Source of the DNA: a virus
Lineage: Duplodnaviria; Heunggongvirae; Uroviricota; Caudoviricetes
DNA: 9,181 nucleotides
Virus record (IMG/VR): IMGVR_UViG_2778261527_000006
Strand: one strand, 5' to 3'
The position numbers and the translations under genes are program-made. Under the pieces are notes generated by a model that was given only the letters and a program-made list of their open reading frames with translations, searched no databases and was not told the DNA's origin. This document shows, in pieces, positions 1 through 6,722 of the stretch. Each line of letters starts with the position of its first letter. The first letter of the stretch is position 1.

Positions 1-159
1 TCGACTATTCCATGAAGAAATCGCTTCAGATTTAGTTCGTTTTTCTGGTCCTTGGGCACCACATTTGCATGACACATAGCGCATTTTCCCTCTGATACTG
101 AATGAGTATCCGATGTTAAGCACAGTGGAACCACAGAATGGGCAGCGATAGAGATTCAT
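1..159 (-). CDS. Lar-family restriction alleviation protein, C-terminal end cut by the window edge
   Basis: Minus-strand ORF with ATG at 157-159 (rc), preceded by a strong SD (AAGGTGGA, about 7 nt spacing). Translation MNLYRCPFCGSTVLNIGYSFSIRGKMRYVSCKCGAQGPEKRTKSEAISSWNSR... has the C-P-F-C-G ... C-x-C-G-A ... A-I-x-x-W-N-x-R pattern typical of small Lar/RalR-type zinc-ribbon proteins. No stop codon before position 1, so the 3' end is missing. Confidence 0.65.
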   Translation of the reverse strand, partial: MNLYRCPFCGSTVLNIGYSFSIRGKMRYVSCKCGAQGPEKRTKSEAISSWNSR

Positions 160-257
160 AAATCATCCACCTTAGGCGCAGCTGAGACAGCAACATTCCA
201 GAACTCAGAAAACATATTGTATGCACCAGATAGATTGGAAGTGGCATACCCTCCAAG

Positions 258-491
258 CTAACTTCTAATCTGAACGGCTCTCATCATTTCCGGCGTTAAC
301 TCCTTCGGCACCATAACCCAACCATCCGGAGTTACCGGAGAGTTGCCATCCAGCGCGTTCAACTTGTAAGCCTGGCTTACAGGTTCGGCACTATGAAGCA
401 TGGCAGCGCGGCAGGCGTTCCAGCCTTGAACCTTAGCTATTGCCACAACTGCATCGGTAAAGAACATTCTCGCGGTATCTGGCTCCGGCAT
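258..491 (-). CDS. hypothetical phage early-region protein with repeated VP-x-E-(L/P)-T-P-E-M motif
   Basis: Minus-strand ORF immediately upstream of, and co-oriented with, the Lar-like gene. The C-terminus ...PDGWVMVPKELTPEMMRAVQIRS and an internal VPDEMPEPDTARMF resemble a motif I recall from small lambdoid-prophage proteins; the family name is not certain. The track ORF (258..551) begins at a TTG with no SD; the first in-frame ATG is at 491 with a weak GGA-type SD, so the start is uncertain. Confidence 0.4.
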   Translation of the reverse strand: MPEPDTARMFFTDAVVAIAKVQGWNACRAAMLHSAEPVSQAYKLNALDGNSPVTPDGWVMVPKELTPEMMRAVQIRS

Positions 492-592
492 TTCATCCGG
501 CACCGCTTGCTGCGGTATCAGGAGCCGGTGCAGAATATGCCAGGGCAACAATCTACTACTGGCAGTAACTTTTCTTCACTATGGGGTGATTA

Positions 593-2590
593 ATGGCTAA
601 AGCATGGAAAGATGTTATCGCCTCTCCACAGTATCAGGCGTTAGCACCAGAACAAAAAGCGCAGGCTCAGGAGCAATACTTCAATGAAGTCGTGGCCCCG
701 CAAGCCGGAGAAAATGCAGAGCAGGCTAAGCAAGCTTTCTATGCTGCCTATCCATTGCCATCTGTGCAGCAAGTGGAGACACAGCAACCAGTAGCACAGC
801 AACAACCACAGCAAAGTGGATTTATGTCTGATCTTGGCGAAGCAGTAAAAGAGACTGGCCGCGGACTGGTGCAGGCTGGCGTGAACGTGGCAAACATACC
901 TGCATCAGTTGCAGATGCTGTAACAAGCGCGGCGGCTTGGGCTGGCGGTAAACTCGGAATTGGCGATGGGACATATCACCCTGCGCCACGAGTAACAACG
1001 CAGGGATTAGAGCAGGACTTTGGCCTTCAGCAAGGCGCGCTGACTCCACAAACTACAGAGGGAAGGGTATTTGCTGAGGCATTGCCTTACCTCACTCCTG
1101 CTGGCATTGAGAGAGCGGCAACACAGGCACCAACACTCGCTGGTAGAATCGCTCAGGGTGCAACTCGCCTTCTCGCTGAAAACGCAGTCGGGTCACTTGC
1201 TGCAAATAGTGCGAAAGATGATGCGGAAGCACTCGCTACCGATTTAGGCGTTGGCGTTCTGGCTGGCGGCGCTATTAACGCTGCCGGACGTGGATTAGGC
1301 GCTGCTTATCGTGGCGTTCGTGGTGCTATTGCACCAGAAGCGCAGCAAGCTATCAGATTTGCAGAGCGTGAAGGAGTGCCTCTGCACACCACAGACCTGT
1401 TACAGCCTACTTCCCGCGTCGGAAAAATGGCGCAAACGACAGCAGAAAATATCCCCCTGGCTGGCACAAGCGGAATGAGAGCAACGCAACAGGAAGCGAG
1501 AAGCCAGTTGGTTCAGAGATTTGCTGATAAATTCGGTGAGTATGATCCAGCGGTTGTTATTGACAGCCTTAAAGCGAAAACATCAGGAATTCGTCGCGCT
1601 GCAGGAAATCGACTGGAGCAGGTTCAGAATGCTATGGCGAGAATAAACATTCAGCCTGCAAGAGCAATTCAGCAGATTGATACAGAAATATCTAACCTGC
1701 AGAAGCTTGGTAAGGTTGCTGATAACGAGACTATTTCAAAACTTCAGTCCTATCGTGATGAGCTTGTTCGCAATGCTGGTCCTGATGGTCCGGTAAATCT
1801 GGATTTGAAGCAATTAAGCGATCTGCGCAGCCAGTTCAGAATGGACGTGAAGGGGGAGCGACCAGTGTTACCAAACCGTTCCGATGCTGCCATTCAGCGC
1901 GTTTACAAGGCAATGACCGACGATATCAATGGTGCCATTGGTCAGAATCTTGGCAACGATACTCTCCGTAAATATCAGCAGGCCAATGCCGTCTACGCTG
2001 ACGAAGCGGCGAAACTAAAGAATACCAGGCTGAAGAATGTTCTCATGAAAGGCGACCTGACGCCGGAAGTTGTCAACAACATGCTATTCAGCAAGAACAA
2101 ATCGGAAATTAAGACTCTCTATAACTCAGTTGGTCGTGTTGGCAGGGCGCAAATGCGCAATGGCATCATTGGAAAGGCGATGGAGAAATCAGGTGGTTCC
2201 CCTGACCAGTTCCTTCGGCAGCTTAACATCCTGCAAAACCAGACTGGCATCACATTTAAAGGTCAGGAAGCCGCTTATCTGAAAGGATTGAAAAACTACC
2301 TGCAATCCACGCAGCAGGCTGCAAAAGCGGCAGTAACAACACCCACAGGGCAGCAAACTATCCCGTTCATTATTGGGTATGGGACGGCAATGAACCCGGC
2401 GACAACTGGCGCAGCAGTAAGCTACGGACTTCTTACTCGCGCCTATGAGAGCGAGCCATTCAGAAATGCAATGCTCCGAATGGCAAACACCCCACGCGGA
2501 TCAACAGCGTTCGAGAAAGCCATGCAGCAGGCACAAAAGGCCATTAACGCCCTGACTCAGGGGGCTAAGTCTGATGCGCTGTCAGAATAG
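593..2590 (+). CDS. putative phage DNA transfer / ejection protein (P22 E-protein class, gp16/gp20-like)
   Basis: 665-aa ORF with ATG at 593 and an upstream GGGGTGA SD, about 50% GC. Composition fits an ejection protein: Gln-rich N-terminus (QQVETQQPVAQQQPQQ), a Gly/Ala-rich hydrophobic stretch (LGVGVLAGGAINAAGRGLGAAY), then a long predicted helical region. It sits where the last ejection-protein gene lies in P22-like genomes, just before the immI (mnt) and tailspike genes. The functional call rests on synteny and composition, not a verified alignment. Confidence 0.5.
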   Translation: MAKAWKDVIASPQYQALAPEQKAQAQEQYFNEVVAPQAGENAEQAKQAFYAAYPLPSVQQVETQQPVAQQQPQQSGFMSDLGEAVKETGRGLVQAGVNVANIPASVADAVTSAAAWAGGKLGIGDGTYHPAPRVTTQGLEQDFGLQQGALTPQTTEGRVFAEALPYLTPAGIERAATQAPTLAGRIAQGATRLLAENAVGSLAANSAKDDAEALATDLGVGVLAGGAINAAGRGLGAAYRGVRGAIAPEAQQAIRFAEREGVPLHTTDLLQPTSRVGKMAQTTAENIPLAGTSGMRATQQEARSQLVQRFADKFGEYDPAVVIDSLKAKTSGIRRAAGNRLEQVQNAMARINIQPARAIQQIDTEISNLQKLGKVADNETISKLQSYRDELVRNAGPDGPVNLDLKQLSDLRSQFRMDVKGERPVLPNRSDAAIQRVYKAMTDDINGAIGQNLGNDTLRKYQQANAVYADEAAKLKNTRLKNVLMKGDLTPEVVNNMLFSKNKSEIKTLYNSVGRVGRAQMRNGIIGKAMEKSGGSPDQFLRQLNILQNQTGITFKGQEAAYLKGLKNYLQSTQQAAKAAVTTPTGQQTIPFIIGYGTAMNPATTGAAVSYGLLTRAYESEPFRNAMLRMANTPRGSTAFEKAMQQAQKAINALTQGAKSDALSE

Positions 2591-2679
2591 CTTCGCAAAC
2601 ACCAGGAACGTGCAAAAACCAAATATGTAGAACGCAATATTCAGCATATCTCTTTGCATAAATCCTCCGTAATGGATGG

Positions 2680-2940
2680 TTATCTGCTGTCTTTTTTATA
2701 TAGCTTCTTGAGCGTATCAAAGACAATTTTCTTAACCATATCAGATTGTTGTTCTGCCATACGCTCTGCATCGTCAATGTAAACTGATGCAGAGCTTTGT
2801 TTAGCCAACGATTCTTCAATCGCTGCAATTATCTCTGAGTTCAGCGATCTGTTATTCATCTTCGCACGCTGCTTAATTTTCGCGTGGAGTTCATGCGGAA
2901 GTCTCAAGTGAAACTGCGCCTCGTCGTATTTGCTGTACAT
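2680..2940 (-). CDS. mnt: Mnt-like ribbon-helix-helix transcriptional repressor
   Basis: Translation MYSKYDEAQFHLRLPHELHAKIKQRAKMNNRSLNSEIIAAIEESLAKQSSASVYIDDAERMAEQQSDMVKKIVFDTLKKLYKKDSR aligns along its length with P22 Mnt as I recall it (N-terminal beta-strand FNFRMP, RSMNSE helix, C-terminal VKKMVFDTLKDLYKK tetramerisation helix). An in-frame upstream ATG at 2973 with an AGGT SD would add 11 residues; homology to the short RHH N-terminal arm favours 2940. Confidence 0.8.
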   Translation of the reverse strand: MYSKYDEAQFHLRLPHELHAKIKQRAKMNNRSLNSEIIAAIEESLAKQSSASVYIDDAERMAEQQSDMVKKIVFDTLKKLYKKDSR

Positions 2941-3061
2941 CCTTGATGCCTCACCAGTTGGGTGGAATGGCATCGTAACCTACTGGATAAATACTCAATA
3001 GTACCATTTCGGTATGCAATCACATCATGGTTGCATCATATCATTCGTCTGGAGCAATGAA
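2941..3061. promoter_or_regulatory. divergent intergenic control region between mnt and the tailspike gene (candidate Mnt operator and promoters, not resolved)
   Basis: 121-bp gap between divergently transcribed mnt and tailspike. Contains an imperfect inverted repeat CACC-N5-GGTG at 2952-2964 and ATGCAA-N-TTGCAT at 3014-3038. No convincing sigma70 -35/-10 pair could be assigned by eye. Confidence 0.25.
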
Positions 3062-5128
3062 ATGTCAGATATCACCGCAAATGTTGTGGTAAGCATGCCT
3101 TCGCAACTCTTCACTATGGCGCGTTCTTTTAAAGCCGTAGCCAATGGAAAAATTTATATCGGTAAAATTGACACGGACCCGGTAAATCCTGAAAACCAGA
3201 TTCCGGTATATCTGGAACGAGAAGATGGTAAACATGTTCAGGTAGAACAACCAATTGTTATTAACTCTGCCGGTTATCCTGTGTATAACGGACAGATCGC
3301 CAAGTTCGTTACAGTGCAAGGCCATTCTATGGCTGTTTATGATGCGTATGGTGCACAGCAATTTTATTTCCCAAATGTGTTGAAGTACGACCCAGACCAA
3401 TTTAAGTATGAGCTTTCATCTTCACTTGGTTCTGGGATGGTTGGCGTCCAGCCAATTGGAACTTTGTATGATCAATCATTGTATGTTACACCGGAACAAT
3501 TCGGCGCTGTTGGTGATGGGGTTAATGATGATACAGAATCTATAGTGTCTGCTATGAAATACTGTTCTTCTGGGAAAATTCGTTGGGTAAGAGGTAAAAA
3601 AGGAAGCACATATCTCGTTTCTCAGGTAGAAATACCTGTTGGCATAAAAAAAATAAGTGATCTTAGCCTGATTGTCACAGCACAGGGTGGTGTCTGCTTG
3701 TTTTCGCAAGGTACTTCCGGTCACACAGACCTTGAAATTAGTGATTGTTCCATTAATGCAAATGGTGTTGCCAGAGGAGGAATTCTTCTTAGCGCAACAA
3801 CTAGGTGCAAAATACTAAGAAACAGAGTATATGGTTTCGGTGTTGATGGAACTGAACGATATGGTATACGTATTGGAACAACAGATATCACATCACTAAA
3901 CTTATACGATACCATAGAAGGAAATACAATTGAGATGCCCATAGATCCTGATAGTGGTGCAGGAACAGTTGGTATTGCTGGTATATATTTAGTAGCACAA
4001 AACAACATAGACACTGAAACTGGAAGTGTAAAATGGAATTCGCAACACAAAACCATTCAGTACATAACTGTGTCAAACAACACCGTTATCAACGGAACTC
4101 ACAACGTGCAAGCTTTCGGGTTATTTAATGCTGAATTTACAGGGAATATACTAATTGGAGGTTCGCATCGTAATATAAATCTTGGAACTGGTTGCGAGCG
4201 TGTAAAAATAGAGGGAAATAGGCTAATCAATGCAGAATCATCAGCAATTATTTTTGGAGAATCTAGATATATACAGATATCAAACAACTATATACAGTCA
4301 GCCTCTACTTCTAGTTACATATCTGATGATGCAGCTATCCAGTTTGCACAAGGTGCATACAGTATAGACATAATAGGCAACATGATACTAGGTGACTGGA
4401 GATACGGAGTACATTGCTTTAACTCGCGATATGTTTCATTAAAAAATAATACAATAACAGCATCTGTAGCTTGTATAGGAATAGAATCATCACAGACGCT
4501 TAAATTACCTGATAATGCAATATACAGTTCCAGAAGGAGTGTTACCAAGATGATTAATGGAAGCACGACTGAGTATTCCATATCTGGAAACGTATATACA
4601 CCTAACGGTGATTCAGCATGTGCTATTTATCTTTGCCAGCTAAATGGTGTTGTTCTTGGTAATATAAATATATATGGAGAAACAATCCATCAGGCTGGTA
4701 ATTTCAGACACATATTATACTTAGTTGAAGATGATAGTTTAATGACAGGAATTTCTGCCATAGATATTTCAGCAAAAAATGCTAATTACTCACAGTACTA
4801 TAGCATTAGGGGAAGGACTCCTTTCTATAAAATAGATAACGTTACCGCTCTTGAGGACCCATCTATTGAATATTTTGCTCCGGGAGGCACATCTAGTGCA
4901 TTTGTCGGGCCAAGCATATACCTTGACAATAAAGTTGTAAGTTACTTTTCTAATGGAATTGATGGGCAAATAATACAAGTAAGAATGTCTATAGGATCAA
5001 AGTTAATTCATAATAACAAGCTTATAAGGTTAAGAGGAGAAACAGATATAGCGTCAATATCAGGCAACACAATTATAACACTAAAAAGACTGAGTGGTAT
5101 TTGGTTTGAAATTTCAAGGAGTATATAA
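3062..5128 (+). CDS. phage tailspike protein: P22 gp9-type N-terminal head-binding domain fused to a pectate-lyase-like right-handed beta-helix receptor-binding/depolymerase domain
   Basis: The N-terminus [97 protein letters not shown]...NVLKYDPDQ matches the P22 tailspike head-binding domain ([56 protein letters not shown]...VLKYDPDQ). Downstream, [25 protein letters not shown] is a pectate-lyase-3-type signature, followed by repeated beta-helix motifs ([73 protein letters not shown]). The track ORF begins at ATG 3014, but the ATG at 3062 has a GGAG SD at 3051-3054 and gives the canonical N-terminus. Confidence 0.9.
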   Translation: MSDITANVVVSMPSQLFTMARSFKAVANGKIYIGKIDTDPVNPENQIPVYLEREDGKHVQVEQPIVINSAGYPVYNGQIAKFVTVQGHSMAVYDAYGAQQFYFPNVLKYDPDQFKYELSSSLGSGMVGVQPIGTLYDQSLYVTPEQFGAVGDGVNDDTESIVSAMKYCSSGKIRWVRGKKGSTYLVSQVEIPVGIKKISDLSLIVTAQGGVCLFSQGTSGHTDLEISDCSINANGVARGGILLSATTRCKILRNRVYGFGVDGTERYGIRIGTTDITSLNLYDTIEGNTIEMPIDPDSGAGTVGIAGIYLVAQNNIDTETGSVKWNSQHKTIQYITVSNNTVINGTHNVQAFGLFNAEFTGNILIGGSHRNINLGTGCERVKIEGNRLINAESSAIIFGESRYIQISNNYIQSASTSSYISDDAAIQFAQGAYSIDIIGNMILGDWRYGVHCFNSRYVSLKNNTITASVACIGIESSQTLKLPDNAIYSSRRSVTKMINGSTTEYSISGNVYTPNGDSACAIYLCQLNGVVLGNINIYGETIHQAGNFRHILYLVEDDSLMTGISAIDISAKNANYSQYYSIRGRTPFYKIDNVTALEDPSIEYFAPGGTSSAFVGPSIYLDNKVVSYFSNGIDGQIIQVRMSIGSKLIHNNKLIRLRGETDIASISGNTIITLKRLSGIWFEISRSI

Positions 5129-5174
5129 GGATTAGCTGGAGGGTTTAATAAAGCATGATAATTATTGCGTGTAA

Positions 5175-5217
5175 TAAATCACAAATTTAAACAATTCGTG
5201 ATTTATTTTCTTTTATC
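5175..5217 (+). terminator. candidate rho-independent terminator downstream of the tailspike gene
   Basis: Inverted repeat TAAATCACAAATT (5175-5187) / AATTCGTGATTTA (5193-5205), 12 of 13 bp paired, 5-nt loop, followed directly by TTTTCTTTTATC (5206-5217). The stem is AT-rich, so stability is modest. Confidence 0.35.
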
Positions 5218-5232
5218 TATGCGAAAATTACA

Positions 5233-5275
5233 AAATAATGGTGAGGTATTTTTCTATAAAGCCTCACCATTATTT
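5233..5275 (-). terminator. candidate terminator hairpin abutting the stop codon of the Wzy-like gene
   Basis: Perfect 13-14 bp inverted repeat AAATAATGGTGAG(G) (5233-5246) / (C)CTCACCATTATTT (5262-5275) with a loop of about 15 nt, ending next to the stop codon at 5276-5278. On the minus strand it is followed by TGTAATTTTCG, a weak T-tract. Confidence 0.3.
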
Positions 5276-6415
5276 TTACCCTGCGCAAAAATTGCGCAAA
5301 AAATCATTAAGATTTTCGCATCTTTTATTTCTTAGCATTTCTACACTCCTTTCATTATCCATAATCCAGTCAACTCTGTATTCCAATAATCTAGGTCTCT
5401 TTTCATCACTGAATGTTTTAACAGTTACAATTGATGAAATTAGAATGACCGTAGAAACTATAGCAATTGAATCGTAAGCGATTACGCTCTTTCTATATGT
5501 TGAAAGTATGTATCCAAACAAAAACGTCAATGGAATAAACATGTAATAGTAAAAGCGTGAAAATGCTGGTATAAAATAAATACCTATATGCAAGCATGCA
5601 AATATGAAAATTATATTCCATATTCTAGTGTATTCATCTTTACTTTTCCTGATTAGGAATCGCGTAATAATGATAAGATCAGCAATAATACCAAACCCAA
5701 AACCTACACTGCTGAGTGATTCTGAATAAAGAGATGCTTTACGCGCAAGCTCTACCCCAACTACAGGTATAGAGTAAACAAACTCAGTATTGCTCAAAAC
5801 AATACCACCAATTAATACCATTAAAGTTGTTATGCAAATACCTTTAATTACAAGCGGTTTTCTCTCTGAATAGTATACATGCCAGAATATCAGCACTATA
5901 ATTGCGGAGTAATGAAAAAGCGAAGCTATTAAAACAGACACTATAAATAGTCTGATTCTTTTGTCTAAAAGAAAATTAATTGAGTGGAAGCATATTACAA
6001 TAGCCACAAATTGACGTATTTGATCAACAACAAGAGACAGACCACCAAGCAAACACATGGCAAGCAATGTAGCAGGAATGTTTATAGGTATTGGTGCTTT
6101 TTTTAATGCAATAAAAGCGATGTAAAATGATAAAAGATAAAATATGAAAATAGCTGATTGAAAATTTATAGACAAATTTGCTAATACATAAAGATATATA
6201 TTGAATAGCAAATCGTAATTTATGGAGAACTCACTTTTAAATCCATCAAATACATAATAATAATTAACCCAATCAATTCCATTTGAATAGACAGCAGTAA
6301 AAATGCAAGAGCAGAATATTACATATGCCATTGCAAATAGTCGGTTAAATCTACATCTGAATGCACATATAAAAACGAAAGCAAGCGAAGTGAAGAAAAA
6401 AAATATCCAAATCAT
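5276..6415 (-). CDS. EpsG/Wzy-like polytopic inner-membrane protein (putative O-antigen polymerase / serotype-conversion protein)
   Basis: About 28-32% GC. The translation is highly hydrophobic with many predicted TM segments, and the N-terminal loop motif YSNGIDWVNYYYVFDGF resembles the G-x-D-(W/Y)-x-x-Y motif of EpsG-family / Wzy-type polymerases. No acyltransferase-3 (R-x-x-x-D-x-x-R-G) signature is seen. The track ORF starts at TTG 6439 with no SD; the first ATG at 6415 has an AGGT SD 6 nt upstream (379 aa from that start). Confidence 0.6.
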   Translation of the reverse strand: MIWIFFFFTSLAFVFICAFRCRFNRLFAMAYVIFCSCIFTAVYSNGIDWVNYYYVFDGFKSEFSINYDLLFNIYLYVLANLSINFQSAIFIFYLLSFYIAFIALKKAPIPINIPATLLAMCLLGGLSLVVDQIRQFVAIVICFHSINFLLDKRIRLFIVSVLIASLFHYSAIIVLIFWHVYYSERKPLVIKGICITTLMVLIGGIVLSNTEFVYSIPVVGVELARKASLYSESLSSVGFGFGIIADLIIITRFLIRKSKDEYTRIWNIIFIFACLHIGIYFIPAFSRFYYYMFIPLTFLFGYILSTYRKSVIAYDSIAIVSTVILISSIVTVKTFSDEKRPRLLEYRVDWIMDNERSVEMLRNKRCENLNDFLRNFCAG

Positions 6416-6439
6416 AAAATTACCTACAAAATTACACAA

Positions 6440-6518
6440 AATGAAGTCAAGTAGACATTTTGAAAAATGCTATTATAATAGCAAGAAAATCAACTAGTAA
6501 CCATAGTGAAAATCTTTA
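6440..6518 (-). promoter_or_regulatory. possible promoter region for the Wzy-like gene
   Basis: Perfect 12-bp palindrome CTATTATAATAG (6470-6481) containing a consensus TATAAT (minus strand, 6472-6477) 35-60 nt upstream of the candidate start codons. The -35 is poor (TTACTA), and TATAAT is frequent by chance in 30% GC DNA. Confidence 0.2.
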
Positions 6519-6722
6519 ATGCCTAGTGAAATTGTACAGTATATAGTTGCAGCAGTTACCATAATGATCGTCTACTGTCCAACGGTTTTGATTTGCATGC
6601 TTGTGGATTGGCTTCTAAGAAGCTATCGTATTGTTTCAAAAGAACAAAAAATAAATGGATTCATTGCTGGAAATGTCCTTTTTGTGTTCATTGCACCGAT
6701 ATTCCTGAACATGAATATGTAA
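6519..6722 (+). CDS. hypothetical small hydrophobic protein (67 aa, two predicted TM helices)
   Basis: ATG-initiated ORF in the gap between the Wzy-like gene and int. MPSEIVQYIVAAVTIMIVYCPTVLICMLVDWLLRSYRIVSKEQKINGFIAGNVLFVFIAPIFLNMNM has two hydrophobic segments. A 68-codon open frame is uncommon in 30% GC DNA, but the SD is weak and no homology is recognised. Confidence 0.25.
   Translation: MPSEIVQYIVAAVTIMIVYCPTVLICMLVDWLLRSYRIVSKEQKINGFIAGNVLFVFIAPIFLNMNM

Noticed and set aside
258-551. Track ORF start at 551 for the minus-strand motif protein
   Set aside because: The codon at 549-551 is TTG (rc) with no SD; the first in-frame ATG is at 491.
393-593. Plus-strand 66-aa ORF whose TAA stop overlaps the ATG of the 665-aa gene (TAATG)
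   Set aside because: It is entirely antisense to the minus-strand motif protein, and its translation is Cys/His/Arg-rich with no recognisable features, typical of an antisense frame. The TAATG overlap is common by chance. The ambiguity remains, so the minus-strand gene is given only moderate confidence.
822-2282. Short ORFs 822..1049 (-) and 2070..2282 (+) inside the 665-aa gene
   Set aside because: They are embedded in or antisense to a long, well-supported ORF, with Arg/Leu/Cys-rich translations and no motifs.
2565-2828. Minus-strand 87-aa ORF overlapping the mnt 3' end
   Set aside because: It overlaps the Mnt homologue in another frame and runs into the end of the convergent 665-aa gene; Mnt homology explains the region.
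3014-3061. 16-codon N-terminal extension of the tailspike ORF ([16 protein letters not shown])
   Set aside because: The ATG at 3062 has a GGAG SD and gives the canonical P22-type N-terminus MSDITANVV; the extension would overlap the mnt-tailspike control region.
3065-4978. Multiple 60-110 aa minus-strand ORFs antisense to the tailspike gene
   Set aside because: All lie inside the tailspike CDS on the opposite strand, with low-complexity translations.
5282-5302. Tandem TGCGCAAAAA repeat containing the palindrome TTGCGCAA
   Set aside because: It lies inside the last codons of the Wzy-like ORF (…FLRNFCAG) and is too short to call a regulatory or att-like element.
5238-5477. Plus-strand 79-aa ORF spanning the hairpin and the 3' end of the Wzy-like gene
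   Set aside because: It starts inside the terminator-like inverted repeat and is antisense to the Wzy-like gene.
6416-6439. Track start of the Wzy-like ORF at 6439
   Set aside because: The codon is TTG without an SD; the ATG at 6415 has an AGGT SD, so 6415 is preferred as the start.
6303-6497. Plus-strand 64-aa ORF overlapping the start of the Wzy-like gene
   Set aside because: It is antisense to the Wzy-like 5' end and putative promoter, with a Lys-rich low-complexity translation.
5276-6722. gtrABC-type glucosylation genes or an O-acetyltransferase, expected here by analogy with K-12 CPS-53 and Sf6
   Set aside because: There is no GtrA-like small flippase ORF, no GT2 GtrB-like ORF and no acyltransferase-3 motif; the slot holds a single Wzy/EpsG-like protein.
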